Virus genome (UHGV): UHGV-0143306
DNA: 21,941 nt
Source: a virus
Direction: 5' to 3' (one strand)
The notes below the pieces were generated by a model that worked only from the letters and a program-made list of their open reading frames with translations, did no database searches and was not told where the DNA came from. This document shows, in pieces, positions 20,487-21,941 of this stretch (the first letter of the stretch is position 1; every line of letters begins with the position of its first letter). Position numbers and translations under genes: made by a program.

Positions 20487-20954
20487 TCATCGAAGGCATT
20501 GCGTCCTAATGTATTCCTGAAGCGTTCTCAGTGCTGTTTGGTCGCGGATAATTCCGTCCCGGATATCGAGAACGTTTCGTCCAGCAACTGGAGAGAGTTC
20601 GACGGTGGCATCATTGCCCATGCCGGAGGCGCTGGAGGTTTCGGCAGAGGATGGCACAGGGCATTTTCCTTTGACGAGCACCCTGCCACCATTATCAAGC
20701 TTCCGCAGAAGAGCATCATTTTCAGCTTTCGCATCAGCTAACTCCTTCGTGTATTTTGCATCGAGCGCAGCAACATCACGCTGACGCATCTGCATGTCAG
20801 TAATTGCCGCGTTCGCCAGCTTCAGTTCTCTGACATTTTTGTCGCGCTGGGCTTTGTAGGTAATGGCGTTATCACGGTAATGATTAACAGCCCATGACAG
20901 GCAGACGATGATGCAGATAACCAGAGCGGAGATAATCGCGGTTACTCTGCTCAT
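20487..20954 (-). CDS. Rz: Rz i-spanin, 155 aa
   Basis: [40 protein letters not shown]... is near-identical to the lambda Rz N-terminus as recalled. Start chosen at the Met overlapping the endolysin stop (ATGA). Confidence 0.9.
   Translation of the reverse strand: MSRVTAIISALVICIIVCLSWAVNHYRDNAITYKAQRDKNVRELKLANAAITDMQMRQRDVAALDAKYTKELADAKAENDALLRKLDNGGRVLVKGKCPVPSSAETSSASGMGNDATVELSPVAGRNVLDIRDGIIRDQTALRTLQEYIRTQCLR
20528..20734 (-). CDS. Rz1: Rz1 o-spanin lipoprotein, about 68 aa, embedded out of frame within Rz
   Basis: [21 protein letters not shown]... has a lipobox (VAGC) followed by a Pro-rich segment PKPPAPPAW, matching the lambda Rz1 pattern as recalled. Exact start is uncertain. 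Confidence 0.78.
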   Translation of the reverse strand: MRKLKMMLFCGSLIMVAGCSSKENALCHPLPKPPAPPAWAMMPPSNSLQLLDETFSISGTELSATKQH

Positions 20955-21448
20955 TGTTTCCCCCACAAACAGACTTCACGCTCAATCTCACGGCGAGTCA
21001 TCAGTCCTTTCCATTGATTACCGCCAGCGTATGTCCAGCGCCGTAGCTGATCACATGCGCCTTTGATATCACCGTGGTTTATTTTGCGAAGAAGCGTCGA
21101 TGTTCTGAAATTGCCAGCACCCACGTTGTAGACGAACGAGTAAAGAGCGCCGCGCGTTGTTTCCGGTATATCAACTTTTATGTACGGGTTAATTTGTCTG
21201 GCGACCGTGGCAAGGTCTTTATTCAGGAGGGCTTTGCATTCTGCTTTGGTATACGTTTTACCGAGCATGATGTCTTTTCCTGTATGCCCGTGACATACAG
21301 TCCATACACCAACAATATCTTTGTATGGTATGTAGCTGACACCTTCCAGACCATCGTTACCACTTGGGCCAGTGATTAACACTGATGCTATAGCAATTGC
21401 TCCGCCACCAATAGCAGCAGCAACGGCTTTTCGTAATGATGGAGGCAT
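20951..21448 (-). CDS. SAR endolysin (T4-type lysozyme with signal-anchor-release domain), phage 21 R-like, 165 aa
   Basis: N-terminal Gly/Ala-rich weakly hydrophobic segment [20 protein letters not shown], followed by a lysozyme catalytic region (GLEG...YKD...GVWT), strongly resembling phage 21 endolysin as recalled. Confidence 0.9.
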   Translation of the reverse strand: MPPSLRKAVAAAIGGGAIAIASVLITGPSGNDGLEGVSYIPYKDIVGVWTVCHGHTGKDIMLGKTYTKAECKALLNKDLATVARQINPYIKVDIPETTRGALYSFVYNVGAGNFRTSTLLRKINHGDIKGACDQLRRWTYAGGNQWKGLMTRREIEREVCLWGKQ

Positions 21449-21663
21449 TATTCACCTCTCGCAGCCTTGCGCTTATCTTCTTTAATCTTGAAATAAAGGT
21501 TTGTCAGGTACGTCAGCAGGCCAAATACCAGGCTACCCAGCACACCTATTGCTGCCCACTGTGAGGGCGTGACTTTATCGAGCAGCTGTAAAAACCAGTA
21601 ACCGGCACTACCTGCTGAGGTGCCATAGGCGACACCCGTTGTTAACTTATCCATGGATTTCAT
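21448..21663 (-). CDS. Pinholin, phage 21 S21-like, 71 aa, with dual-start motif MKSM
   Basis: [71 protein letters not shown] closely matches S21 as recalled. GAGGTGGG RBS upstream; overlaps the endolysin start. Confidence 0.88.
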
Positions 21664-21941
21664 AACCCCACCTCGCAGACAAAGCGGGTGTAAATTGAGG
21701 GAATACAACGTATCGCAAAAAAGCAGAAACGTAACAGACTCGGAGTCAGTGAATAACTCAGGTATTGAGTTATCAGCTAATATCGAGACTCAAAAAATGG
21801 AAAAACCAGCTCGACGGCGGGTTTAAGCTGTGTGACGAAGTAACCACTCTTAACAGCATAACCAATTTTTTACGTACGTAAACCACTGAATGATATTTAT
21901 GAGAATGCTACCGAGTGTTCAAAACACCACCACAAATACAT

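Noticed and set aside
21664-21708. 15-codon N-terminal extension of the holin ORF
   Set aside because: Phage 21 S begins MKSM...; the upstream Met has no RBS, whereas GAGGTGGG precedes the MKSM start.

Overview
This window reads as the late (right) arm of a P22-like temperate podophage prophage in an enterobacterial (E. coli/Shigella-type) genome, ending at an IS1 copy; I do not see a clear multi-gene novel system. All protein identifications rest on similarity I recognise from memory (P22, lambda, phage 21, IS1); no database search was run. On the minus strand, from high to low coordinates: a phage-21-type lysis cassette (S21-like pinholin, SAR endolysin, Rz with embedded Rz1), a Rha-family gene, small and large terminase, portal, scaffold, coat, gp4, gp10, gp26 tail needle, a gp14-position protein, ejection proteins gp7/gp20/gp16 and a tailspike with a P22-type head-binding N-terminus. 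On the plus strand lie an orphan mnt-like repressor gene and the gtrA-gtrB-gtrC O-antigen glucosylation cassette. The first 76 bp are an exact match to the IS1 terminus as I recall it, 108 bp upstream of gtrA. The most plausible places for undescribed biology are the mnt/small-peptide locus at the immI/sieA position, a small repeat-containing ORF between coat and gp4, and the structured non-coding regions flanking rha.
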